From an uncultured Alphaproteobacteria bacterium (GTDB lineage: Bacteria; Pseudomonadota; Alphaproteobacteria; RF32; CAG-239): a DNA stretch of 64,000 nt. The position numbers and the translations under genes are program-made. The notes beneath the pieces were generated by a model. It saw only the letters and a program-made list of their open reading frames with translations. It was not told the DNA's origin and searched no databases. Location: contig CALXTF010000006.1 of the NCBI GenBank assembly GCA_944391335.1, forward strand, positions 3,296 through 67,295, read 5' to 3'. This document shows, one piece after another, positions 19,615 through 28,657 of this stretch (position 1 is the stretch's first letter; each line of letters starts with the position of its first letter).

Positions 19615-20286
19615 TTAGAAATTTTCGCTGTTATATTTAACTTTAACCTTGATTGGTTGTTTACCGTTTTTAATATAAGATGTAAATTTATCCATATTAG
19701 GACCTAAATCTATACATCCTGCGGAGCCGAGTTCGTCACCGCCGTGAATATACATATGATTACGTCCGAAAGTTTCTGTATTTTCTGCGGGTTCAAGAGG
19801 AACACGATAATTTCCCCAAGATCTTTGCTTATCCATCCAACCGTATTTCCCTTTAGCCGTTGCAAGAGCAGCCCGTTCCTCTAAAGATAAATTAGGCTCG
19901 GAAACCGCTTTTTTCATTCTATTGAGGAAAGACTGACGTTCTTCTAATTTATTGGGATCAATATAGTATGTTCCCTCGGGAGTCGGTCCTTTATTGGCAA
20001 TTGAAGTGCTTGCTTTATTTTGATAGCCTTCTTGTCCGGACATAGACGGCCATTGAGCTTGTTTAATATTATTTCTTTTGACATATAGATTATTTCCATC
20101 AAATTCGACTTCTGGTTCGGGCATTGGCGTCATCAATTCCATATCATCATTATAGTTTGAAAGGCGATGTTCCAAGATTTCCCTTGTTGTCATATTTTTT
20201 TTGGGCAATGGACTCATATTTAATTGTAATCCGGACATTCCGAGTAGTGAAGTTGCCAGATCGTCATTTTTTTTATTTTTTTTCAT
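19615..20286 (-). CDS. DUF2778 / Tlde1-like (L,D-transpeptidase-fold) putative peptidoglycan-targeting toxin
   Basis: 223 aa. SGQEGYQNKASTSIANKGPTPEGTYYI and HMYIHGGDELGSAGCIDLG match the DUF2778/Tlde1 pattern (GPIPxGxYxI ... IHGG...GSxGCI, with catalytic His/Cys). No signal peptide is visible. Confidence 0.7.
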   Translation of the reverse strand: MKKNKKNDDLATSLLGMSGLQLNMSPLPKKNMTTREILEHRLSNYNDDMELMTPMPEPEVEFDGNNLYVKRNNIKQAQWPSMSGQEGYQNKASTSIANKGPTPEGTYYIDPNKLEERQSFLNRMKKAVSEPNLSLEERAALATAKGKYGWMDKQRSWGNYRVPLEPAENTETFGRNHMYIHGGDELGSAGCIDLGPNMDKFTSYIKNGKQPIKVKVKYNSENF

Positions 20287-20301
20287 GTTCTTTTCCTTTA
20301 T

Positions 20302-20327
20302 AAAAAAAGCCGGATAAGTTATCCGGC
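20302..20327 (-). terminator. Intrinsic terminator 1 of 3, immediately 5' of the toxin-like gene RBS
   Basis: gccgga-taagtta-tccggc hairpin. The A7 run on the + strand is a U7 run after the hairpin on the - strand. It ends 2 nt before the AAGGAAAAG RBS. Confidence 0.6.
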
Positions 20328-20333
20328 AAGATT

Positions 20334-20361
20334 AAAAAAAAGCACGAAAGTTAATTCGTGC
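20334..20361 (-). terminator. Intrinsic terminator 2 of 3
   Basis: gcacgaa-agttaa-ttcgtgc hairpin followed on the - strand by U8. Confidence 0.6.
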
Positions 20362-20375
20362 CGACTTAAAATATT

Positions 20376-20402
20376 AAAAAAAAAGAGGTGAAAATCCACC
20401 TC
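20376..20402 (-). terminator. Intrinsic terminator 3 of 3
   Basis: gaggtg-aaaatc-cacctc hairpin followed on the - strand by U9. Confidence 0.55.
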
Positions 20403-20616
20403 GCACAATATAGATATAAAAATCCACATTATAGAAAAAAGCATAGCACATTTTATCACAAAATACAATATTTTTCTTTACGGGTTGTGGATAACTTTTA
20501 AAGACAACTATTTATTTTATTAAGCAATAACGTAAAATATAAATAAAAATTCTGTTTCACTTGCTATTTTAGGAGAATATGTATATCTTAAAAAAAATAT
20601 ATAAAGGTGGAAAAAT

Positions 20617-21285
20617 ATGAATAAACTTGATATTAGCCAATTAAAAACAGTAATTTTTGATTGGGATGGAACGTTGGCTGAAACACGCACGCCGAGATTA
20701 TGGGCAATTAACCAAATTATGGCAAAATATGGGTTGCCGGATTGGCAAAATACAAAACAGCAACAAAATCCCATGCTTTCCTTTATGGATAATTTCCCTC
20801 TTGTTTTTGGTGAAAAAGCAAATCAAGCTTATAATGAATATTTCCATTTATATAAAGATAATATTGCTCAAATGATAAAACCTTTCCCCGGGGTTAAAGA
20901 ACTCCTTTCTTTTTTTTATAAACAAGGCGTTTTAATATCAATTATGACAAATAAAGATAGACGACTATTGGATTATGAATTACCTTTACTTTTTTCACCT
21001 TCAATCTTTACGCGTATTGTATGCGGACATGAAGCTCAACATGATAAACCAAATGCCGATCATGCGTTGGCCGTACTTGATGGTTTAATCGAAAGAAAAG
21101 ATATTTCCGACAGGACGGTCTGGGTTGTTGGAGATAGTCAATTAGATACGATGACGGCACAAGCAATCAAAGCTTTACCTATAAGAATAAGTCAAAGACA
21201 TGAGGAGGAAATAAATTCTGAAGTTGTCTGTTTTGATGATTTCCAACAATTTTATCAGGCGGTTGTTGAAGAAAATAGGAGATAA
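20617..21285 (+). CDS. HAD-superfamily hydrolase (phosphoglycolate-phosphatase-like)
   Basis: 222 aa. Motif I VIFDWDGTLAET, motif II SIMTNK, motif IV VGDSQLD. Confidence 0.75.
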   Translation: MNKLDISQLKTVIFDWDGTLAETRTPRLWAINQIMAKYGLPDWQNTKQQQNPMLSFMDNFPLVFGEKANQAYNEYFHLYKDNIAQMIKPFPGVKELLSFFYKQGVLISIMTNKDRRLLDYELPLLFSPSIFTRIVCGHEAQHDKPNADHALAVLDGLIERKDISDRTVWVVGDSQLDTMTAQAIKALPIRISQRHEEEINSEVVCFDDFQQFYQAVVEENRR

Positions 21286-21291
21286 ATTTTT

Positions 21292-22845
21292 ATGAAACAA
21301 AATAATGATGATAAAAAATCCGGTTATCTGCAAAAAGGATTTCTCATTGCGGTAATTGTTGCTTTAATACTCTTTAATTATTTTTATTTTCATAATAAAA
21401 TATCTGCTAATAATGAATTAATTATACATTATAGTGTAAAGGATGATCCTATGGAACAATATCGAGATCCGGCAGTGGCAGGATTTTTTTATGCTTTAGA
21501 TCCACAAACTCTCAAAAGTGAAATTCACTCATATTTGCAAACGGAGTGGCGGCCTTTTAGAGGATTACCCAAAATTTTAATTGTTCCTCATGCCGGTTAC
21601 CAATATAGTGGATCGGCCGCCGCTAAAGCTTATCGTCCTTTAGAAGATTTTGCAGAAAAGATTGAAACAGTTATTTTGCTCGGCCCCTCGCATCAGATGG
21701 CAATAAATGAAGCGGCTCTTTCTTCTGCGGATTATTTTAATACACCATTAGGAAAAATTCCGCTTGATAAAAAGAAGGTTGAACAATTAGCTCTAAAATC
21801 AGGATTTAGTATAAATAATGCGGCTCACAAAAAAGAACATTCCTTGGAAGTGCAATTACCTTTTTTACAAACGGTGATTAAAAATTTTAAAATTGTGCCA
21901 ATCGTATATGGTGTTGATACAAACCCACAAGAAATAGCGCAGGCTCTTAAACCGATGTTAGAGGACGCCCAAACAATATTGGTCGTTTCCGCCGATTTAT
22001 CGCATTATTATTCTTATGAAACGGCTCAAAAAATAGATAAAAAAACAGCTCAAAAAATTATTAATGGAAAAGCAAATATTAATCATCATGAGTCATGTGG
22101 AGCCAATGGTATCAATACGGCGTTAATTCTGGCTCAGATGATGTATTTGCATCCACAAACTTTATCTTTGATTAATTCCGGCGATACCTCCGGCGAAAAA
22201 GAAAAAGTTGTTGGTTATGGCGCGTGGGCTTTTGAAAAGACAAGTAATAAATTAGATGAAGAACAAAAATCACTAGCGGATTATGTCGCCGCATATAAAG
22301 AAAAACTTTTAAAAATCGCACGTTTATCCATAGAAAAAGCTGTTATGCAAGGACAAACTTATGTACCTAATCGTGATGACTATGATGATGCTTTATTTGA
22401 TAGAGGAGCATCTTTTGTAACACTAGAAAAAAATAAAAATTTAAGAGGTTGTATCGGTTCTGTTTTACCTCGCCGCGCAATAGCCCTTGATATTGCGGAA
22501 AATGCATATGCGGCGGCTCTTGAAGATACGCGCTTTCAACCAGTTTCTGAAAATGAATTGAAGCAAATAAAAATTACCATATCCTTATTAACAGGACTTG
22601 AAGAGATAAAATATCAAGATGAAGAAGATTTATTATCACAAATAAAACCATATAAAGATGGTTTGGTTATTCTTGACGGTCATCGTCAGGGATTGTTTTT
22701 ACCATCAGTCTGGGAACAACTCCCTGATAAAAAAGAATTTTTAAATAATTTAAAATTAAAAGTGGGAATGAGTCCGAGTTATTGGTCTAATGCAATTAAG
22801 GTTTATCGATTTACAACAGTGGAGATAAAAGAAAATGAAAATTAA
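21292..22845 (+). CDS. Fused AmmeMemoRadiSam system protein B (Memo-like) + protein A (AMMECR1) with N-terminal TM anchor
   Basis: Memo motifs VPHAGYQYSG, LGPSH, EHSLEVQLPFL and SADLSHY. C-terminal AMMECR1 motif NLRGCIGSV. TM segment GFLIAVIVALILFNYFYF. Confidence 0.8.
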   Translation: MKQNNDDKKSGYLQKGFLIAVIVALILFNYFYFHNKISANNELIIHYSVKDDPMEQYRDPAVAGFFYALDPQTLKSEIHSYLQTEWRPFRGLPKILIVPHAGYQYSGSAAAKAYRPLEDFAEKIETVILLGPSHQMAINEAALSSADYFNTPLGKIPLDKKKVEQLALKSGFSINNAAHKKEHSLEVQLPFLQTVIKNFKIVPIVYGVDTNPQEIAQALKPMLEDAQTILVVSADLSHYYSYETAQKIDKKTAQKIINGKANINHHESCGANGINTALILAQMMYLHPQTLSLINSGDTSGEKEKVVGYGAWAFEKTSNKLDEEQKSLADYVAAYKEKLLKIARLSIEKAVMQGQTYVPNRDDYDDALFDRGASFVTLEKNKNLRGCIGSVLPRRAIALDIAENAYAAALEDTRFQPVSENELKQIKITISLLTGLEEIKYQDEEDLLSQIKPYKDGLVILDGHRQGLFLPSVWEQLPDKKEFLNNLKLKVGMSPSYWSNAIKVYRFTTVEIKENEN

Positions 22846-24550
22846 AGATTATGAAATTAATTACACAGAAGAAGAATTAAAGCGTAAAATAGAAAGAGAA
22901 ACGCTCGATATTGAATTAATTTCAAAAGATTTTGCCGGTTATAAAAATCTAAGCGATGGCAATAAAAAAGCTATAGACCATCTTGTTAGAGCAGGTAAAA
23001 TAATTAATGATGTGGCTCTTGAACAAGATCATCCCTTAAATCGAGATATGAAAAGTAAATTAGAGGAAGCAGCGGTAGAAAATCATTATGCCTCTTTAGC
23101 GTTGAGTTTATTTAATTCATTAAACGGGGTTGCCGGTTATAATGGAATTGATAAAGATCCGATAGAAATTTTTAAGGGAATACATTTGTTGGCAGGTCAT
23201 AATTTTTATCCATCAGATATGTCGATGGAAGAATTTCATCAGATACTGATAAACATGTTGCAATCTAATGAAATTGAAGAAGTTCGTCGTATATTAAGTG
23301 CGCGGACAATGGTTCGCCGTGAGAAAAATAAATTAAAAGCCATAGACTATACACAATATTTTGCTGCAGAATTTTCAAAAATTGCGAATGAATTGGAAGC
23401 TGCGGCTTTTTATACAGATGATGAGATGTTTAAGGATTATTTGGGATGGCAGGCTCAAGCATTATTGCAAAATAATCCTGAAATGGATATGTTGGCAGAT
23501 AAGCATTGGGCAATTATGCAAAATACTCCCATAGAATTTACGTTAAGTCGTGAAAATTATGATGATGCCGTAACTTCATCAGTATTTGAAAACGAAGAAT
23601 TAAAAAATATGCTTGTTCAACATGGCATTGAAGTTGTTTCCAAAGACACTTTGGGTGTTCGTGTCGGAATAGTAAATCCCCAAGGAACAGAACTTATTTT
23701 ACAATTTAGAAAGCATATGTCCTATTTAGCTTCTAAAATGCCATATGCCGATAGATATCATCAAAATATATTAAACGGTGAAGAATTAAAACAAACAATG
23801 GTTGATGTAGACTTAATAGATTTACAAGGAGATTACGCACAATGTCGAGGAGGTATTACAACAGCACAAAATCTACCGAATAATGATAAATTATCAATTA
23901 AAATGGGCGGAGGACGAAGAAATGTTTATCATCGGCAGGTTCGTATGAGTAAAGATGCTCAAAAAGAAAAAGAAATGTTGGAAAAATTAGTGGATCCATC
24001 ATTACATCAATATTATGATAGCGAAGTTGATCATTTGTTTGTCATTGGTCATGAAAATGGTCATTCATTAGGTCCGGATAGTTCTTATCAAAATGCTTTG
24101 GGTGCATATAAACATATTATAGAAGAACATAAAGCGGATACCATATCTTTGGCGTTTATGCCCGAATATGTAAAATCAGGTGTAATAGATGAAGAAACAT
24201 TAAAAAAAGTCTATGTCAGTTATATATGCGGTCGTATGCTCTTAAATGCTCGTCCGCATATGATGCTTCCGCATCGAATGGGTGAATTAATTCAATTTAA
24301 TTACCTTTGCCAAAATGGAATTATAAAAGAAACGGAAAACGGAAAAATAACCATAGATTTGGAAAATATAAACAGAGTTTTAAATCAATTATTAAAAGAA
24401 ACAATAGAAATACAATTATCCCGCTCGGTAAAAACAGCAGCGGATTTTGTTGAGAAATATGCAAATTGGTCCGCTTTATCAGCAAAAATAGCGGCTATAA
24501 AACAAGAAATAGGCGTAAAACCCTATAAAAGAATTATCCGCCGCTTTTAA
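22835..24550 (+). CDS. Putative Zn-metallopeptidase, M49 (DPP III)-like with pentapeptide HExxH motif
   Basis: 571 aa. VIGHENGHSLG (HExxH) is followed by EEHKAD (compare the M49 EExxAE/D second motif). Overlaps the upstream gene by 11 nt. Confidence 0.55.
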   Translation: MKIKDYEINYTEEELKRKIERETLDIELISKDFAGYKNLSDGNKKAIDHLVRAGKIINDVALEQDHPLNRDMKSKLEEAAVENHYASLALSLFNSLNGVAGYNGIDKDPIEIFKGIHLLAGHNFYPSDMSMEEFHQILINMLQSNEIEEVRRILSARTMVRREKNKLKAIDYTQYFAAEFSKIANELEAAAFYTDDEMFKDYLGWQAQALLQNNPEMDMLADKHWAIMQNTPIEFTLSRENYDDAVTSSVFENEELKNMLVQHGIEVVSKDTLGVRVGIVNPQGTELILQFRKHMSYLASKMPYADRYHQNILNGEELKQTMVDVDLIDLQGDYAQCRGGITTAQNLPNNDKLSIKMGGGRRNVYHRQVRMSKDAQKEKEMLEKLVDPSLHQYYDSEVDHLFVIGHENGHSLGPDSSYQNALGAYKHIIEEHKADTISLAFMPEYVKSGVIDEETLKKVYVSYICGRMLLNARPHMMLPHRMGELIQFNYLCQNGIIKETENGKITIDLENINRVLNQLLKETIEIQLSRSVKTAADFVEKYANWSALSAKIAAIKQEIGVKPYKRIIRRF

Positions 24551-24631
24551 TCATGGAAAACTGTTTAAAATAGCTTGAAACTATAAAAACAATGTCTCAT
24601 TATAGAAACAGCGGAAAAAAGGAAAAGAAAT

Positions 24632-25000
24632 ATGCTGAAAAAAATACTTGATGGAGAACTTAGCCTCAAAGACACTTTTTGGAAATTCGGTGTCCTTGGC
24701 ATATTATCCGTGCATCTTGTTGTCAGAATTTTAGGCATTATGCTTTATCACAAATTATATGGATTAACAGTTTATGCATATTATTTTACAAAAGGTATAG
24801 CCGTGGAAATGTCAACAGTCATTTTGACGATTTTATATTTTGCTTCTTTTTGCTTTTTATTTTTTTATTCAATCATAATAGTAGTCGGTACATGGCGCAG
24901 TTCAGCAGAATATAACCGAAGTTTATGGTTTCGCCATTTGGCTCGTTGTATTATAATATTGCTCGTATTGATAATATTGAAACGTAATTTAAATTTATAA
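24632..25000 (+). CDS. Hypothetical membrane protein
   Basis: 122-aa ORF with about 4 hydrophobic segments. No family recognised. Confidence 0.45.
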   Translation: MLKKILDGELSLKDTFWKFGVLGILSVHLVVRILGIMLYHKLYGLTVYAYYFTKGIAVEMSTVILTILYFASFCFLFFYSIIIVVGTWRSSAEYNRSLWFRHLARCIIILLVLIILKRNLNL

Positions 25001-25009
25001 GGAATAACA

Positions 25010-25168
25010 ATGAAAAAGGTATTAATGTTTTTTTGTTTGATATCATTATGCAGCTGTGTAGCTGGCGATTTAACTCCGGATAGAAAAAGATTACATGAAA
25101 TGAACAGTGATAAAGAAATTTGTGAAAAATATCCGGAACGTTGTATAAGCGGAATAGCTGTAAAATAA
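25010..25168 (+). CDS. Putative small lipoprotein (not in the ORF track, 52 aa)
   Basis: ATG at 25010. MKKVLMFFCLISLCSCVAGD has a signal peptide plus a lipobox-like ISLC/CSC. GGAATAA precedes the start. Ends 16 nt before dnaE. Confidence 0.35.
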   Translation: MKKVLMFFCLISLCSCVAGDLTPDRKRLHEMNSDKEICEKYPERCISGIAVK

Positions 25169-25184
25169 TAATGAAAGGTAACCC

Positions 25185-28100
25185 ATGGAGCCGCAATTTA
25201 TCCATCTGCGAGTGCATTCGGCCTATTCTCTTCTTGAAGGGGCAATGAAAATCCCCGACTTAATGCATCGTGCGTCCTCAATGGGCTTTCCGGCCATAGC
25301 CGTTACCGATACGGCAAATATGTTTGGGGCAAAAGCCTTTTCCGATTACGCTCCTAAAAATGGAATTAAACCGATTTTAGGTACGCAAATGTATATTCGC
25401 AATACAGATGCTGATGACGCCCTAAAATCCAAAGGAAAAGTAATAGAACCGGATAAAATTGTCTTATTGGTTAAAAATGCCCAAGGATATGCTAATATTA
25501 TCAAATTGATGGAGATAGCCTATCTTGGAGAAAAAGGATTTTCTGAAAAACCGCAAATACGCTTTCCGGATTTACAAAAATATGGAAACGGATTAATTGC
25601 TTTAACGGCAGGAGCAGATGGAACAATAGGACGCTTATTGCTTGAAAATAGAAAAAAAGAGGCGGAAGATTTTTTGCTGGCGTTAAAAGAAATTTTTAAG
25701 GATCGATTATATATAGAAATTTCACGGATAGGTTTGGAAAAAGAAGCGAAAACTGAAAATGATTTTATAGATTTGGCTTACAAACATAATATTCCATTAG
25801 TAGCAACAAACGAGGCTTTTTTCTTTGATGCAGATATGTATGAAGCACATGATGCTTTGGTTTGCATAGCAAAAGGAGAATATGTAGCCAATGAAAACAG
25901 AGAACATTTTTCCCCGAATAATCGATTAAAAAGTGCGGCAGAAATGACGGCCTTGTTTGCCGATATACCGGAAGCCGTAATTAATACCGTTAATATAGCG
26001 AAACGATGCAATTTTGTTTTGGATTATATAGATCCTTTACTTCCTATTTTTGAATGCCCAAACGGAAAAAGCCAAAATGAATATCTAAGAGAAGAAGCTT
26101 ATAAAGGTTTGGCGGAAAAAATGGAAAAACACGTTTATTTTCCCTCAATGACACAAGAGCAAAAAGAAGCTTTGGATAAAAAATATTATGAACGATTAGA
26201 ATATGAACTTAGCGTTATTGAAAAGATGGGATTTGCGGGATATTTTTTAATTGTTTCGGATTTTATTCGTTGGTCAAAAAATAATGGTGTTCCGGTTGGT
26301 CCGGGGAGAGGATCAGGAGCCGGTTCAATAGTCGCATGGTCATTACAAATAACAGAACTTGATCCCTTGAAACTCGATTTATTGTTTGAACGCTTTTTAA
26401 ATCCGGAACGTATTAATATGCCGGATTTTGATGTCGACTTTTGTCAAGAAAACCGCTATAAGACCATAGAATATGTGCAAAATAAATATGGTTTTGATCA
26501 TGTGGCTCAAATCATAACTTACGGTAAATTACAATCCAAAGCGGTTATTCGAGATGTGGCGCGTGTATTGCAAATGCCATATTCTCAAGCAGATAAAATC
26601 AGTAAAATGATTCCGCCACCGGTTCAGGGAAAACAACCAAGTTTAAAAGAAGCGTTGGAACAAGTTAATGAACTAGAGGAAATGCGTCAGGCGGATCCTC
26701 AAATTAATAAATTGTTTGATATAGCCATGAAGTTGGAGGGATTATATCGAAATCCAGGAGTACATGCGGCAGGCGTTGTTATAGGAGATCGACCGCTTAA
26801 TCAACTTGTTCCGTTATATAAAGATGCCAAAGCAGATATGCCGGTGACGCAATATGATATGAAATATATTGAGTCGACAGGTTTAATAAAATTTGATTTT
26901 TTAGGACTTAAAACTTTAACAACAATAAAGAAAGCAGTTGATTTAGTCAAAGCAGATTATGGAATTGATCTTGATATCGGTTCCATCCCTCTTGACGATA
27001 AACAGACCTATGAACTTTTACAAAGAGGAGATACGGCCGGTGTCTTTCAATTTGAATCGGCGGGAATGAAAGATGTTCATAAACAAATAAAACCGGACCG
27101 TTTTGAAGATTTAATAGCAATTGTTTCGTTATATCGTCCCGGTCCGATGGACAATATTCCAAGCTACATACGCCGCAAACATGGAGAAGAAGAAATCACC
27201 TATTTGCATCCTAAATTAGAACCAATATTAAAAAACACATATGGCATTATGATATACCAAGAGCAGGTTATGAAAATAGCTCAGGAATTAGCCGGCTATA
27301 CACTTGGCGGAGCCGATAAACTGCGTAAGGCGATGGGAAAGAAAATTAAAGAAGAAATGGTAAAACATCGTAGTATTTTTGTTGAAGGAGCCGTAGAAAG
27401 AGGAATTGAACGTGACACAGCTACCAGTATTTTTGATCAAATGGAAAAATTCGCTTCTTACGGTTTTAATAAATCTCACGCAGCGGCATATTCTCTAATT
27501 TCTTATCAAACGGCCTATTTGAAAGCGCATTATCCGGTTGAATTTATGAGTGCCACAATGAGCCTTGATATTACCAATACGGATAAATTGCAGTTTTTTA
27601 AAGATGAATGTTGTAAAATGGGAATTACGGTATTACCTCCGGATATCAATCATTCTAAGGCGGATTTTATTGTTGAAGACGGCAAAATACGTTATGCATT
27701 AGCTGCCATAAAAGGTGTCGGTGATGCTAACATGAAGGCAATTGTTTCTGAGCGTGAAAAACATGGTTTGTTTAAGGATATATCTGATTTTATACACCGA
27801 ATTGATATTAAACAAATAAATCGCAAGCAATTGGAACAATTAATAAAGTCCGGTGCTTTTGATAGTTTGGATAAGAACAGAGGACGTTTATTTGCAAATA
27901 TCGATAATATAATTCAACATATTTTTTCTTCTAGCGAATTAAAAACCAGTAATCAAACATCTTTATTTGGAGCCGAAGAAATGCAAGCTCAAATAAAATT
28001 AAAAGATACGCCTAATTGGGTTGAATTAGAAAAATTGAATTTAGAAGCAGAAGCAATAGGATTTTATCTTTCCGCCCATCCTCTTGACAGTTATCGTAGT

Positions 28101-28655
28101 GGTATGGAAAAACTAGGTGTTAAAAATAGCAGTGAAGTTTTCCGCAATATTCAAACAGGAGATGTGATAAGAGCTAAAATGGCAGGCTGTGTTAATAGTT
28201 TTAAGAAAAAAATCTCTCAAAAAGGGAATCGTTTTGCTTTTCTAGAATTATCTGACGCATCGGGAGCTTTTGAAGGAATATTATTTTCAGAAACTTTGCA
28301 ACGATCAGAAGATATTATTGCTTCAGGATTGCCGCTTCTTGCCAGTGTCAGTATAGAAAAACAAACACAAGACGGCACCCCGCGTATTCTTATAAGTAAT
28401 ATAGAAACATTAGATAAAGCCATTGCCAATATCTCTAGCGCATTAGTAATTAGTATAGATAATATAATAGCCATAAAAAAAATTAAAGATATTTTATCTC
28501 ATGATAATAAGGGTTTAAATAAAATATATTTAAAACCGGATAACGATGAATGGGATATTACGATAGAACTTCCGGGCGGTTACGCATTTAGCGATGGAAG
28601 CCTAATATCACAAATAAAATCAGTTCCAGGTGTTTCACAAGTAAAGGAAATATAG
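25185..28655 (+). CDS. dnaE: DNA polymerase III subunit alpha
   Basis: 1156 aa. PHP domain start FIHLRVHSAYSLLEGA. Polymerase core GRGSGAGSIVAWSLQITELDP and DFDVDF. OB fold near the C-terminus. Confidence 0.95.
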   Translation: MEPQFIHLRVHSAYSLLEGAMKIPDLMHRASSMGFPAIAVTDTANMFGAKAFSDYAPKNGIKPILGTQMYIRNTDADDALKSKGKVIEPDKIVLLVKNAQGYANIIKLMEIAYLGEKGFSEKPQIRFPDLQKYGNGLIALTAGADGTIGRLLLENRKKEAEDFLLALKEIFKDRLYIEISRIGLEKEAKTENDFIDLAYKHNIPLVATNEAFFFDADMYEAHDALVCIAKGEYVANENREHFSPNNRLKSAAEMTALFADIPEAVINTVNIAKRCNFVLDYIDPLLPIFECPNGKSQNEYLREEAYKGLAEKMEKHVYFPSMTQEQKEALDKKYYERLEYELSVIEKMGFAGYFLIVSDFIRWSKNNGVPVGPGRGSGAGSIVAWSLQITELDPLKLDLLFERFLNPERINMPDFDVDFCQENRYKTIEYVQNKYGFDHVAQIITYGKLQSKAVIRDVARVLQMPYSQADKISKMIPPPVQGKQPSLKEALEQVNELEEMRQADPQINKLFDIAMKLEGLYRNPGVHAAGVVIGDRPLNQLVPLYKDAKADMPVTQYDMKYIESTGLIKFDFLGLKTLTTIKKAVDLVKADYGIDLDIGSIPLDDKQTYELLQRGDTAGVFQFESAGMKDVHKQIKPDRFEDLIAIVSLYRPGPMDNIPSYIRRKHGEEEITYLHPKLEPILKNTYGIMIYQEQVMKIAQELAGYTLGGADKLRKAMGKKIKEEMVKHRSIFVEGAVERGIERDTATSIFDQMEKFASYGFNKSHAAAYSLISYQTAYLKAHYPVEFMSATMSLDITNTDKLQFFKDECCKMGITVLPPDINHSKADFIVEDGKIRYALAAIKGVGDANMKAIVSEREKHGLFKDISDFIHRIDIKQINRKQLEQLIKSGAFDSLDKNRGRLFANIDNIIQHIFSSSELKTSNQTSLFGAEEMQAQIKLKDTPNWVELEKLNLEAEAIGFYLSAHPLDSYRSGMEKLGVKNSSEVFRNIQTGDVIRAKMAGCVNSFKKKISQKGNRFAFLELSDASGAFEGILFSETLQRSEDIIASGLPLLASVSIEKQTQDGTPRILISNIETLDKAIANISSALVISIDNIIAIKKIKDILSHDNKGLNKIYLKPDNDEWDITIELPGGYAFSDGSLISQIKSVPGVSQVKEI

Positions 28656-28657
28656 TT

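Noticed and set aside
20520-20774. 84-aa minus-strand ORF that could be the gene ended by the three tandem terminators.
   Set aside because: It overlaps the well-supported HAD hydrolase start (DxDGT motif) on the opposite strand and is Phe/Cys/Ile-rich with no RBS. It also ends more than 110 nt before the first hairpin.
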